Source: Callorhinchus milii
Taxonomy: Eukaryota
Direction: 5' to 3'
Assembly: GCF_018977255.1 (NCBI RefSeq)
Contig: NW_024704742.1
Location: forward strand, 40,178,001-40,242,000
DNA: 64,000 nucleotides
A program made the position numbers and the translations under genes. The notes under the pieces are model-generated. The model made no database searches. It worked only from the letters and a program-made list of their open reading frames with translations, and was not told the origin of the DNA. Positions 36,085-49,856 of the stretch are shown piece by piece (positions within the stretch are counted from its first letter, which is position 1; every line of letters starts with the position of its first letter).

Positions 36085-37148
36085 CAAACAACAACAACAA
36101 AATTACATTTGTAAAGCACCTTTTACATCAGGAGGACGTCCCAAGGCACTGGACAGACAAGAGTTACGGACCTGAGCTGGGGGTAGATGTGAGGGTGGGT
36201 GGGTGGGTGGGAGGGGGAGGCTGGAGGGCGGGGAGGAAGCGGGAGATCGAAAGCATGGTAGAAAAGGAGGGTCTTGAAGGTGAGGAGGGAGGGGGCAAGG
36301 CGGAGGGAATGCGGGATGGAGTTCCAGAGGGTGGGTGCAGAGTGGCGGAAGGCCCGCCCGCCAATAGTGGGGCGAGCAAGATGGGGGACATGAAGCAGGC
36401 CAGAGCCCGCTGAGCGGAGGGAGCGACAGGATGGTAGGGTTAGGAAGTTGCAGAGCTAGGGAGATCAAGACCGTGGAGGGCTTTGAAGGTGAGGACCAGG
36501 ATCTTGAACTGTATCCTCTGAGTGATGGGAAGCCAGTGGAGTTGAGCAAGCATGGGGGTGATAGGGTCGTGGAGCCTGGTGCGGGAAAGGACATGGGCTG
36601 TAGAGTTCTGGATAATCTGCAGCCTGTGGAGAGAGGAGTTGGGGAGGCCGACAAGCAGTGAGTTTGCATAATCGAGCCTCAATGTAATGAAGGCATGTAT
36701 GAGAGTTTTGGCGGCCTGCGGTGTGAGACATTGGCAGAGCCGCGTGACGTTGCGTAGGTGGGGGAAGGCAGAGCCGGTCATGGTGCAGATGTGGTGTAGA
36801 AAGGATAGTTGAGGGTAAAACAAGACCTCAAGGACAGAACTGGCTTCATAAGGTGGAGTGTGCAACCATGGATGGTGATGCTGTCAGCGCCTGAGGTGAG
36901 GGGCGCTGACGGGAGCCAATCAGGAGAGCCTCGGTCTTGTTGACATTTAGCTGAAGAAAGTTTGCTCTCATCCAGGACGTGATGTTAGACAGACATTCTG
37001 TCAGCACAGCAGTGGTCCTGGAGTCGAGGGTGGAGGCAGAGAGGTACAGTTGTGTGTCATCCACATACATGGGGAAGTTGACCCCATGTCTGCGAATGAT
37101 GTCACCAAGAGGGAGCATATAGATATTGAAGAGGAGGGGACCAAGGAC
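36085..37148 (-). mobile_element. 5'-truncated L2 LINE inserted in the upstream satellite
   Basis: [61 protein letters not shown]; (TTG)n tail. Confidence 0.92.
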
Positions 37149-38030
37149 AGAGAGGTACACACAGACACATAGAGAGAGGTATACATAGTCACATAGACAC
37201 ATGGAGGGAGGGAGGGAGGGAGGGAGGGAGGGAGGGAAAAGTACACACAGTCACAGACACGTGGAGAAAAAGATAGAGACAGGCACACACAGCCACAGAG
37301 ACACATGGAGAGAAAGAGGTACACACTGGCACATGGAGAAAGATACACAGACACGGAGAGAGGTACACACAGCCACAGAGATGATTCGATAACAACTTTT
37401 AAGAGAGAAGTAGATAATTATTTGGGCAGAACAAGTTTGCAGTTCTATGGGGAAAGAGCAGAGGAATGGGATTGATTTGGATAGCTCTTTTCAAAGATCT
37501 GGCACAGACACGATGGGCCGAATGGCCTCCTTCTGTGCTGTATAATTCTATGATTCTAATTCCATGATTCAGCCACAGGGACATGTGGAGAGAGATACAC
37601 AGACCCAGAGAGAGACACAGACACAGATTGAGACAAATACACGAAGAGAAAGAGATATACAGAGATAGAGACACAGGTATAGCGAAAGAGATACACAGAG
37701 ACATAGAGAGACAGATATACACAGAGAGATAGATACACACAGAGTGAGAGAGTTATGCACACATACAGAGGGAGAGAGTTATGCACACATACAGAGGGAG
37801 ACAGAGAGAGTGAGAAACACCTACAAATGGACAGACACACGGATATCAGAGATTTACACAAAGATTGTGAGAGAGAGACTAACAACTTACATTGATATAG
37901 TGCCCTTTATGCAGGGAAGCTTCTTGGACCGGCTAAAGACCGACTCACGGAGGGTGAGAGAGATGCACAGACAGACAGACTGATGAGAAAGACAAACAGT
38001 GGGAGATGCAGATAGACAAAGAGAGAAAAT
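37146..38030. repeat. Older, degenerate continuation of the (GA/CA) satellite
   Basis: Same AGAGAC/ATACAC composition on the far side of the L2 insertion; interrupted by a CR1 3' end. Confidence 0.8.
37381..37568 (+). mobile_element. CR1 3'-terminal fragment
   Basis: gacacgatgggccgaatggcctccttctgtgctgtataattctatgattct terminus; a sister copy lies at about 57970-58110. Confidence 0.8.
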
Positions 38031-38704
38031 GCCAAATGACCCAACTAGTGAGGAAGGTAAGCGAGGTCTCCTTGGAGATGAATTGGCTCCAAGGCAATTT
38101 GTGCACAACATCCCTACAACTGTCTATTGAAGGGAATAATCCAACTTTATAATTATAATAATGTTTGTGTTCACATTGGGAAGACACCTCAGTACTTCAC
38201 AGGATTTACTGTAAAGTATACTTTGTAGGTGAAGGAGTCAGCTAATTTGTATAGTGCAGTGTCTTACAACTACGCATAACCAATTTTATCTGGAGGATTG
38301 TTGGCCAGGACATCGAGAGAAACTACCATTCTCATATAGTACCATAGGATCTTTAACCTGCACCTGAACAGACATAGGGGCATTGCAGCACTCTCCCAGC
38401 CTGTTCAAACTCATAGATCATAAACTCTGCTAGGTAAACAGAGGTGTGTGAAGAAGGAAATTTGCCAAATGTTTTGCACTGCCCGAGAATGAAACCCAGG
38501 GCTCTCGCTTGTGGAGTATAAACTTTGGCACAGACAAGCTGGGCTGAATGGCCTGTTTCCATGCGGTATATTCTATGTAAATCTATGTACAGTATGTTTT
38601 TATTGAAAAAGAAAAATAACTTGTCATTCCCAGATTATACCAACAGATGGCTGTAGTGTATTTCAACGATTTTGCTACAAAACACATGAATAAGTTTAAT
38701 TAAT

Positions 38705-38988
38705 GCAAGTTTCCTTAACCACACGCCCCTGTTTACCTAGCAGTAAGTAGGAACTCGCTTGTTAGATGATTGGCGGATTGCTTTCCGGGGTAATAATCCC
38801 TCCAAAAAATAACAATAATAATTTGGTCATTCAATACACGACTGTTTGTGAGACACTGCTGTGCGCGATTGGCTGCCACGTTTCGCCCACAAAATATACA
38901 ACAAATTCACTTTACAGTATATTCTGTAAAGCACTTTTAGACATCTCGAAGATGTGATAAGGCACTATATCAAATTCATTATTATTAT
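38705..38988 (+). mobile_element. tRNA-derived SINE, 5'-truncated
   Basis: Body and tail match the 4762 family. Confidence 0.85.
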
Positions 38989-39839
38989 ATGAAGCAATAT
39001 GGATCAGTTCAAAGTGATTTACTTGTTAGGTCTTGATGGTGATTTTTATGATAAATGCATTTTGTAAACCTAATGTGAGCTGTAACCACATCCTGTCCAC
39101 ACATTTTAATCATAAACATTAAATAACTTGTATTAATAGTTAATGACGTATTATGTACAAGTTATGTAATGTTGATGGTTAAAATGTGTGGACAGTAGGT
39201 AGTTACAGGGCCAAATATTAAATAAAAGTGTAAACAATAATGCAAAGTATCTGGTATATTTCACTGCCAATACTTTTTTTTAAAGTAAAACATGCACTAT
39301 AATGCCAACACATTAAGACATACAGTTCATGCATGATTCTGGCTAAAATAGAATCATTAGAAGTAAAGCTATTTTACTCCATACAACAATTTACATTTAT
39401 TCAGCGCCTTTCACATAAAAATGTCTCAAAGTGCTTCACAGAATTAGAATACTTAGAAATGAAGTGAAGTGTTATTTTGCAGACAGTGTGACAAGTAAGA
39501 TAAGCAGCCAATTTGTTTGAAGTTTTGGGGGGTGAATTTGAATGAGGAAGGGATATTATCCAGGTTTTTTTTATTGAAGCATTTAAAATCCACTTGAATC
39601 ACAAAGCCTGGCCCTCGGTTTATCTGCAAGTAAAATGGGACGTGCTCATTAAACTCTTATCAGTTGTAGCCGATCTACGTTGGAACAATTAACAGAATCA
39701 CTTTGCGATGGATGGTACGTGACATGGTACTATATCAAATGCAAGGATTATTATATTATAATGGACACGGGGCAAACTTCTGTTTAAAACAATTAAAATA
39801 TAACGTGTGCTATTTATTATACAGTAAGATCTTCCTTGG

Positions 39840-39970
39840 CCACATGACGTTTCTGGCCCCCGGCCTCTCAGGCAGTTTTTCGACGCAACTGTTTGCGGGG
39901 CGGCTCTGGACGCGCATGCGTGGTGTGGTGTGAGCCGGAAATGAGGTTCACTCCACTCTGAGGCCCCGCT
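39840..39970. promoter_or_regulatory. Orphan CpG-rich promoter-like element
   Basis: TGACGT (39845), GGGGCGG (39897), GCGCATGCG NRF1-like (39912) and CCGGAAATG ETS-like (39935) cluster within about 100 bp, with locally retained CpGs in AT-rich DNA. Confidence 0.55.
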
Positions 39971-41287
39971 GTTGAAATTGTCTGTGACTCTAAACTCGGT
40001 GTGTATGTGTTTGTGAATGCCTGTGTGTGAATTTGTCTGCGTGGGTGTCTCTCCGAGAACGTGTGTCTCTGTGAGTGTGTGTATCTCTCTGTGCCTGTGT
40101 GAAGTGGCTGGCCCTGACACGAAGGAGGTGGTGAGCTCCTCGAGCCCTGAGGCCAGGACACTGGCAGGCTTGCCAAGCAATGCTGTTTTTTGGTGGTGTT
40201 TCCCTCCCACTCACCCAGTTTTTATTAAAGAAAAATTAATAATATTTTTCGCAACAATCTAATATGCTTTATTTCTTCATATTTATTTTTATCAATAAAA
40301 TGAAAAAATACGGCTTGGCAATAAAATGTACCTCAAAAGCACCAATCAACTACCCGCAATTTCCCACAAAGTTCCCCACATTGTTTGCCAAATATTTCTG
40401 CAATTTTCTATTGGCCCTGTTCATACCTCCAACACCCTCTTTATATTCCTTCCTGCCATCACTAACTGACTGTATCTGTCACATACCATGGTGTGGAGTG
40501 CACTAAAGGTTGAAGAATTCAATGGGTAAATGACACAAACAAACCCGTGAAATATACAACCTGTCTCATCTGTTGAAATTCCATTCCGAAAGCGTTATAA
40601 AATAGTATGTGGCTGAATAATGTGCCAAGAAAGAACATTACCTATTCTAAAAGCTTTAATTTGTTTACTGAGCAGCTTCCAAAAATTGAAATTGTGAAAT
40701 ATTACAAAATACGTCGGAGCTGTCACATTTACTTGGCAACAGCTACTCCCACACATAGCTTCACCGGTTATTTAGCATATGTGAGTTTATTAGCTTGTAA
40801 ACTCTGCAGTTGCAACATATACTGTTTAATTCTACATATAGTCATATCAGTAAGCCCAGTTCTCATTAGAACTCAAATTGACTGGATAGATTTCAACAGC
40901 AACAGCGTAAAGATGTTTGTTGTTATAAATTCAAGTGCCTTTTTAACCCAAGCTTGACAAATTAGGAGATCTCAATTTCTGCAAACTTTTCAAAAATATA
41001 TCTTGCTATTCATGTAGTTGTATTTGTTCTGTTTCTGGAACTTTCACTGTACAGAGCGTTAGTATTGGCTTTTTATCACAAATCTGAATATAATGTCAGA
41101 GAACTGAACTTCTCTCATCTTGAAGGGATTAATAATAATAATCCTTGCATTTGATATAGTGTCTTTCATATCAAGAAGATGTTTCAAAGTGCTTCACAGG
41201 ATTTTCTGTAGTGTTTTTTGAGGACAGTGGGGCAGCCAATTTGCACATAGCAATGTCCCACAAACAGCCATAAAAACAAATGGATGA

Positions 41288-41950
41288 CAACAACAACAAC
41301 AACAAGATTCCATTTATAAAGCGCCTTTCACGTCAGGAGGACGTCCCAAGGCGTTGCACAGTTGGGTCATGACCCGAGCAGGGGGGAAATGGTCAGGGTG
41401 AGGGGAGGGAAGGGAGGGAGAGAGGAGGGGGAAATGGTCAGGGTGAGGGGAGGGAAGGGAGGGAGAGAGGAGGGGGAAATGGTCAGGGTGAGGGGAGGGA
41501 AGGGAGGGAGCGAGGAGGGGGAAGAGAGTCGAGAGGGGAGCTGAAGGCTCGGTCAAGAGAAAGGTTTTGAGACCGGCCTTGAAGGAGGAAAGGGAGGAAG
41601 CGGCGAAGGCACTAGGGGATGGAGTTCCAGAGCCTGGGGGCTGAGAGGCTGAAGGCCCGACCACCGATGGTAGGGCGGTTGGGGCGGGGGACGTGGAGCA
41701 GACCGGAGCCAGAGGAACGGAGGGTACGGGCAGGTAGGTAGGGGGATAGTAGGTCAGAGAGGTAGGAGGGAGCAAGGCCGTGAATGGCCTTGTAGGTGAG
41801 GATGAGGATCTTGAAATCAATCCGCTGGGGGATGGGGAGCCAGTGGAGGCGAGCGAGGGTGGGAGTGATGTGGTCCCGAAGCCTGGTGCGGGACAGTACA
41901 CGAGCTGCAGAGTTCTGAATGACCTGCAGCTTGTGGAGGGAGGTGGGGGT
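41288..41950 (-). mobile_element. L2 LINE 3' fragment with a 3 x 45-bp tandem repeat in its 3'UTR
   Basis: LQVIQNSAARVL...LHWLPIPQRIDFKIL; GGGGGAAATGGTCAGGGTGAGGGGAGGGAAGGGAGGGAGAGAGGA x3 at about 41382-41520. Confidence 0.9.
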
Positions 41951-42529
41951 TTGTTGGCCAAGGCACAGGTAGAAACTCTTCTCTTTACATTCCACAAAGG
42001 TGTATATACCACAAGGTTACCCTATAGTGAACCACAGCAGCTTTGCATCCTTCGAATTTGTCACTGGCAAAAGAAAAATTCAGCTAGGGCTGTTATTCCC
42101 AATTGCTCTTGTGACTTCCCCTCTCCCCTCCCGTTCTGTTGCTTTGAAGTGCACACATGTAGATGCTCAATGCAGACAAGATTGGCCTTGACAGTGACCC
42201 CCTGTAATTAATTGCCTACTTCACTCATTCATTATGGGGTCTCACACATGAAGAATGATGACTTGGATCTGGTATTGAAGGACATTCAGTGTGAGAAGGG
42301 ACAGACAGAAAACGTTGTCAGTAGTTAACTGCTGCAGAAAATTGCTGTTGGATATTCATTTTATCAACGGCATAGAATTCAAAACCAAAGGTAATGTTTA
42401 ACTTGTAAATAATAATAATACAACTTACATTTGGTATAGTACTTTTCATGTCGGGAGAACATCCCAAAGAGTTTCACTGGATATTCTGTAAATACGGAGA
42501 CTGCGTGTTTTATGGGCGACATTTAATAT

Positions 42530-43025
42530 GTTAGACAACAGTTAGCATAGTGTGTCCTGGTTTGGTCACCCCACTTCAGGAAGCATATCAGGGCCATAGT
42601 GAGGGTGCAGAGGAAATTTACCAGGGATGAGTGGTTTGACCTTTGAGCAAAGACTGGAGGAACAGGGCCTATCTTCAGGAGAGCAGATAATGATGAGTGG
42701 AGATCTGATAGAGGTCTTTAAAATTATGAGGGGGTCTCATAATTGATAGAGTTGAAAGAGATGAATTATTTCCACTGGCCGGTGAGTCAGTGATGAGATA
42801 GCATCGATTTAATGTACTATAATTACCAAATGAGCAAAGGGAAAGATTCCTGAAGCAGTGGTCAAGGAAGAATCCATATTAGCTTTCAAGGTATAGATAG
42901 ATATCTAAACACGAGTAATTTGCAGGGGTATGGGGAAAAGTCAGATAAGCAGGATTGAATGGATTGCTCTTTCCAACAGCCATCACCGACACTGTGGGCT
43001 GAATGACCTTTACATTTCTATGGTT
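42530..43025 (+). mobile_element. CR1-clade LINE 3' fragment
   Basis: Remnant WSPHFRKHI..IVRVQRKFT..., GDLIEVFKIMRG; 3' end gggctgaatgacc...tttctatg. Confidence 0.8.
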
Positions 43026-43216
43026 GTTTCCTTTCACTGGCTCGAGCTCTCGAACCTGCACTGTGGTCATCGGTTGTCATTTGGAATTTGCTCATCTCCA
43101 GAGACCTCTGTAATTATGAGCATCATCCGGTCTTGTTACTCTGGTATTCATTCAAGTTAAAACTGCATGTACCAGATGACATGTTCTGTATTAAGATGGG
43201 TTATCTTCTTATAAAA

Positions 43217-43492
43217 TGGAGTCCCGAGCGTAGTGGTTAGTGTGCTCGCCTTGCAAGCGAGAGGACCCGGGTTCAATTCCTTATTCCACACGACTGTTTA
43301 CCAAGCAGTAAGTAGGAACTCGGTTGTTAGTTGATTAGTGGTTCACTTTCCCGGGATAGTAATCCCTCAAAAAAGAAATTGGTCACTCAATCCACGACTG
43401 TTTGTGGGACACTGCTGTGCGCATTTCACCCACAAAATATACAATCAATTCCCTTTACAATATATTTGGTGAAGCACTTTGAGACGTTATTA
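43217..43492 (+). mobile_element. tRNA-derived SINE
   Basis: Head ggagtcc...gtggttagtgtgctcgccttgcaagcgagaggacccgggttcaattcc plus body. Confidence 0.85.
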
Positions 43493-43970
43493 TAAACCAC
43501 TATAGATTTCAAAAACTAAAGTCCTTTTGCAGAAGTGAACACATGCTTACTTTCTGCTATGATCTGAAGTGTATATTTTCCTTCAAAACACCATAAGACC
43601 TTTAAAGGGAAAGATGATAGGGACAGGAGAGAATTTTAAAAAGGATCTTTAGGAAGATTTAATCTTTATAACTTGAAACGATGTTTGCTGTACTTCAGTG
43701 TTCTATCTCTAGATGGTGCTATTATGTTGCTCGTATGTTTTAGAAATACAACAACAACAAAATTACATTTGTATAGTGACAATGTAAAATGTTGTAATTT
43801 TACATTTTCTTTTTGAATATCTGTAGGGTCGTGAATATATTTAGTATCCACCTGAATAGGCAGACGGGACCTCAGTTTATCGTGTCATCTGAAGAATCCA
43901 CCTCCAATAATGCAGCACTCCTCCATGCTTCACTATATCATAATGACCACAAAATTCATTATAAAAATTT

Positions 43971-44361
43971 AATAATAATATCATAATAATAATCGTTGCA
44001 TTTGATATAGTGCCTTATCACATCTTTGAGACGTCTCAAAGTGCTTCGCAGAATATAAAGTGAATGTAAAGTGAATTGACTATACATTTTGTGGGCGAAA
44101 CACGGCAGCCAAATGTGTACATCAGTGTCCCACAAACAGTCGTGGATTGAGTGACCAAATTTTTAAAATTATTTTATAAAGAAATTATTAACCCCAGAAA
44201 AGCGATCCGCCAGTCGACTAACGACTGCGTTCCTACTTACTGCTAGGTAAACAGGCATTTGGAGTAAGGAAACTTGTCCAACGTTTCGCTCTGCCGTAAA
44301 TTGAACCCAGGTCCTCTCACTTGTAAGGCAAATGCTTTAACCACTGAGCTACAGGACTCCA
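43971..44361 (-). mobile_element. tRNA-derived SINE, full length
   Basis: Reverse complement of the 4762 family. Confidence 0.9.
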
Positions 44362-47300
44362 CATGAGCACTGTGTAATGAGTAGAAAGGCAGCCTCTGAC
44401 TGAATTTTCTTTTTTCCAAACAGCACAAATGTGGAGGTCAATAGTAGGTTCCCTCCATACACTATCATCATTTGACCGAGAGTAGCTAGGTCAGCAGAAA
44501 ATAATAATAATAATCCTTGCATTTGATATAGCACCTTATCACGTCTTTGAAATGAGTGTATTTTGTGGACAAAACATATGCTTTATTGCTCTAAACCACA
44601 TCAGACATGGTGTCTACCACAGGGAGTGTTTTTTCCATTTTTAATATTTCCAATTTATTTTACATTTTTTTACTTTCTTAATCTTAGGCATTTCCAGTAA
44701 TGACACATTAAGTTTCGAAGACTTCGTTTTATAAAATCTGGTGTAAAAAGCAGTTTTTTTTACATTCAATAGCTAACTGTTTCACAGGTGCCAGGTTTTA
44801 CTGTTTGGCACTGGAGCAAACAGCACCAATATTACAAAGTAGAAGTTCAGATGAGAATACAATAAACGGAGGCAGAAATGTAATGGGAGACTGGCTCTGA
44901 AACAGATTCTTGAAAAGGAGAGCATTTACTAGCCAAATACTTGGCAGAGGTCAAAATAATGACTAGACAACAAGCATTGCAGAACTGAAAAAGTCTTTTA
45001 TTTCATTTAACCCATAACAAGCCTGTTGCTGACACCTTAAATACATCTCAATAAATTTTAAATTGGTGACCAGAGCAAATGGGCACTACTCTGAAATCTG
45101 CTTCACGATTCTCACGCAACAGCCACACAGAGCAGTCCTTGTCTGCAATAGCCATAGTAGCAAGGAGCAAAGCATTTTGATTCTTCCCAGGAATTGTTAG
45201 GGAAGCAAGCAATTTTATGCTCATTTGGATACAATCCTATGACAAAATGATTAAAATGGAGAGTAAATTACACTTAACATGCACAGAACAATAGAGACCC
45301 TCATTACAGCCTCATATAACAAATGTCTCAACAACGTGATAATGCGCTATATCAAATGCACGGATTATTATACAACAGCTTAAAAAGCATTTATATATGC
45401 AGTAGTTGTATACATACATCTGTGAATTCACACAGTCTGTTACATTTCTAAGGAAAAACTCATCATAAATCAAGTTTGACCCATTATCTATATGGTTCTA
45501 CACCAGAGCAGTTGTGTGGCCAAGAAAACAGGACCTGTGTAGGATGAGTAAATGCACAGCACAAACCTATCTCACTCTAACAAGGTGTTTCCTGATGTAA
45601 AAAAATGATGGGAGAGGTTAGCAGGAATTTCTTCAGCGAGCAGTTCAGGTTGGATTATTGAGGCTTTAGGCAAACGAAAACTGCATAAGAATCCGAGCAA
45701 TAAAATTATTAAAGGATATGGGAAAATAACCGGAAAGCGAAAATAATAATAAAAGGCAAGATTGCAGAAACAATGGTCTGAATGGCCTCCTTCTGTGCTG
45801 AAAGTTCCTATGCTTCTACTGAACTGAATACTGTCCGGAGGTTGGAGTTGAGGCTTTGAGGTTAGGACAATAATTGTTAATACTGATTGTCCCAGATGCA
45901 AAACAGGACAATTTTGTTTCAACATAGTTGCCGATTTTGCTTCATGAAATCCCGAAGACTCCAGAATTAAAAGCAAATTAAGCAAAAGACAGTTTACGTC
46001 CTTTGGATGCGATGTTAACCCGAGGTTCCATCTTCCAGTTCTGGGGCTTGAAATGAATTCTGTGGCACTATTTCAAGAAGAGTTGTGAGTTTTCCCAGTC
46101 TCCTGATCATTCAGTTCTTGCTATTTGTAAGATGCTGTTGTTGGTGATCAGCTGCTCTGTTTGTCTGCAAAACAACAGTCATTACGTTTCACAGTGACTC
46201 ATTTGTGAAGGCTTTTACGATATCTGGCACAATAGGATACAACAGTATTTCAATACAAGTATTGTTTACTGCTAGAAAAATGCATTTTATTCCCAGAAAT
46301 TAAACAAGGTGATTGATGTTTTCTATTTTCAAATTTTCTCCACCAGTAGTGCCTTTTCCTGGGGTATGGTTTCACAGCAACTAATAGTAATTTACCCAAT
46401 TGGCCATTCCTCATGTGTGAGGCTTCCCAGCATAGGCAGTGGGTGACTAAATCTAGAAAGGGGTCCCCTCCCTCTAAATTTATCTACAGTTCATCTCTTT
46501 AAGCGGGGCTGGGTGGAGAGGACCACAGCCAGTGCTCCAGGCAGCTCCAACCTGCGGTTCCCCTCTTACCCCTCCCCCAATTCTTCGGTGACACTCGCCC
46601 ACTACTAGTCCAGCAGGCTGCTCTTCAGGGCGTCCTCACCTCTGGTTGGCCCTGTCAGTCAAGTCTGTCTTAAAGGAGATCAACCCTTTAACTGAGTTTT
46701 ACTAACTCCCCACTCCAAAGAATATTTTCATCCAACACTTATGCTTACCAGTGAATGCTGATGGTCTATTTGATAACTGAGTTTGATCCTTTCTGACCTA
46801 CAGACCTACAATGTCTGTTAGGGATACTAGTTATCAATGAGGAACGTCTCCCAATTTAGGGTTACTGCAGTACCCGACTACTGGCCCAGCTGAGATCACC
46901 TAATTCAGCGCAAGACAAGAGAATGAATCTGCATCGCTCAAAGCCACACCATTTGAGTACGGTTGTTCTGGCATGGTTAACATTAACATTTACCCACAGT
47001 CACTACACTTTAGAATATCCAATGTCCTGTGAAGCTCTTTGAGGCGTCCTCCTGACTATACCAAATGCAAGAATTATTATTATAACACTACAATGTCATA
47101 CTGATCTAACATTGGCTGTCCCTGATCGCTAAATTTAGCTCGCAACCAGTTTACTGCATGACGAGACTGCAGAAGAATGTTTGCTGTTTATGAACTGCAT
47201 CTGAATTCCAAGATTAGATCTGGTCTTAAAATCACGCTGAGGTTATGTTATTCATTTGAGTGTGTTTGTAAATAGATCATATGAGAAAGCCTTTCAGCCC

Positions 47301-49179
47301 ATTTTTTTTCTTATGAATGTGCTGCAATCCAAAGGTCTGTTTATTTGATGTATGGGCTTTCCACAATTCTTTGAAGATGAAAATAATGAAGTAGGAAGGG
47401 TTGTTACTGATTTTATGGTGCAGGAGCCAAGGTTCTAATGGATTTATCACATAAAAGGCACATTGGATTAGATAACAAGAACTTTACACATTGTACTAAT
47501 TCAGCAAGCAGTTCCCAATATCTAGGTATGTACAATACACTTCAGTGTCAGGTCCCATACATAAATGTCTTTTTGTTTGAATTTTGATGGGGAGAATCTG
47601 GTTTTCTTCAGAAAGTCAAGATTTGTTCCACATAAGAATAAAACCAAGAATGCTTTCTAAAACAAAAAGCCGCTAAGTGCTAATACTTTGGAGACCTGTT
47701 CTTCATCCCAATCTGTTTTCAGACCACCCTGTGAAACGACTAAGAACCGATTGCATCATAGTTTCCAACGTTCTTTCAAGTGAGGAAATCTGTCACGCTC
47801 TTGTCTTTTTTTCTGTTCACGCCTCTTTCTCTGCACAAAAGAAGAATCCCATCAACAGGTGGCAGTGTTCAACTTTCTTTTCCCCCATTTTCAACTGATG
47901 CAGCATTAACCTTTATTTGGTTTCCTCCATCCATTCTGATCAGTAGACCAAAAAGAGCTGGGAAGTGTTTATATTGGCAAGCCCTATATGAATAACTATT
48001 CAATTTAAAGTGATAGCAGATTAATCTTATTTCTTTTAGACTTTTATTTTTTGCTTGTATCCGTATCATGAATATTTGAGGTGGGATGGGGTTGTTGATA
48101 GCGAGAAGGGAAAGAGCCAGTCCTTTATGCTTCACTGCCATCGTGCATGCAAGTGAACCTGAGCAGACGTGTTGATACATTTAAATGATTGGGTCACTCA
48201 TTTTCAAATAATAAAGAGATTTGCAAAGACTTTGTAATGATGACACAATTTACGTAATTAAAGGTCTGATTATTCTGTCCACTTCCTGTGTTTTATTTCA
48301 AGTTAACTAGCAGTGGGTTCGATTTAAAATAATAATCCTTGCATTTGCTACATTTGCATTTGCTGCAGAAATGCTATTGAAATGTCTCAAAGTACTACAT
48401 AGGATAATGTGACAATGTACTGCAAAGTGTAGTGACTGGGTATTTTGTGGGTGAACGTGGCAGCCAATTTACATACAACAATATCCAACAAATAGTCCTG
48501 AAGTGAATGACCAGAATTATTTGGGGGATTGTTGACCAGGACACTAGGAGAAACTCCCTTCTCTTTTGAATAGCGCCATGGGATCTCTAACATCCACCTG
48601 AACAGACAAATGGGAACTCAGTTTAATGTCTTATCCGAAGGACAGACAAATGATAAGGACGAGTATGATGACAAATGTTCATAATCTTACTAGTTGCCCT
48701 AACTGAAACAAAGTCGAACCCTAAAACCTAACCCAAGCAAACATTAATAATGTTCTAATTGTAACCGTTATAAATTAATTAATATGAAATGAATACCAGG
48801 CAAATGTTGCCTAGAATCAGCTTGTAAAGCACCGGAACAGGCTATTTGGCCCAACCAATCCATAATGGAGTTTATGCTCCACACAAACCTCCACCCCTGC
48901 TTTTCACCTATTCCATACCTCTCTATTCTCATCTCTCTTATTTGTGTCAATATATTCATAGTATTTGTGTAAAAATGTTAATATTGCATATGGAGTGACA
49001 GATGGAGCACATCGCTTTGTATTCACAATAAAAGATGCTTAAAAGACCACAAGAGAAGTTTGAATGAAGAAGGCCCTTTGGGGAGGGTGGTTGAGGCCAG
49101 GATGCTGGACTCATTCAAAAANCAGCTTGATGCTTTGACGGTAGGAAGATGGTAGGATTTTTGTAAATGTTTTCTTGTT

Positions 49180-49856
49180 ATGTCCTTTCTCCCCCACATC
49201 CGAGCCATGACCAGCACTGCCTACCACCACCTCCACAGCATTGCCAGACTCCACCGCTGCCTCGCCCCTCAGGCTGCCGAAACCCTCACCCACGCATTCG
49301 TCACCTCAAGGCTTGATTATGGAAACTCCCTCTTCATCGGCCTTCCCAACTCTTCCCTTCACAAGCTGCAGATCATCCAAAACTCTGAGCTTGTGTACTC
49401 TCACGCGCCAGGCTCCGTGACCCGATCACTCCCACCCTCACCCGACTCCACTTTCAAGGCCATCCATGGCCTTGCCCACTCCTACCTCTCTGACCTGCTG
49501 ACTGCCTACCAACCTCCCCACTCCCTGCGTTCAGCGGGCTCCGGTCTGCTCCATGTCTCCCGCCCGACCCGTCCTACCATCGGTGGCCGGACTTTCAGCC
49601 TCTCTGCCCCCACACTCTGGAACTCCATCCCACAGTCCCTTTACCTCGCTTCCTCCCTTGCCTCCTTCAAGGCCAGTCTCAAGACCCTCCTCTTCGATTG
49701 TGCCTTCTTTCGCCCTCCCACCTCTCTGCCTTCCCTCACCTCTTCCCCACCTCTCCCCCATGCTCGGATCCTGATCCCTGGCTGTCCAGTGCCTTGGGAC
49801 GTCCTCCCTCCCGACGTGAAAGGTCCGCTACAAATGTAATTTTGTTGTTGTTGTTG
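49180..49856 (+). mobile_element. L2 LINE 3' fragment
   Basis: HAFVTSRLDYGNSLFIGLPNSSLHKLQIIQNS...SFKASLKTLLF; (TTG)n tail. Confidence 0.92.

Noticed and set aside
33833..36119. 600-700-aa S/L/C/H-rich ORFs
   Set aside because: These are translations of the CT-rich satellite. Only the last part of ORF 33748..35787 (MAALP...DTK) is real coding sequence.
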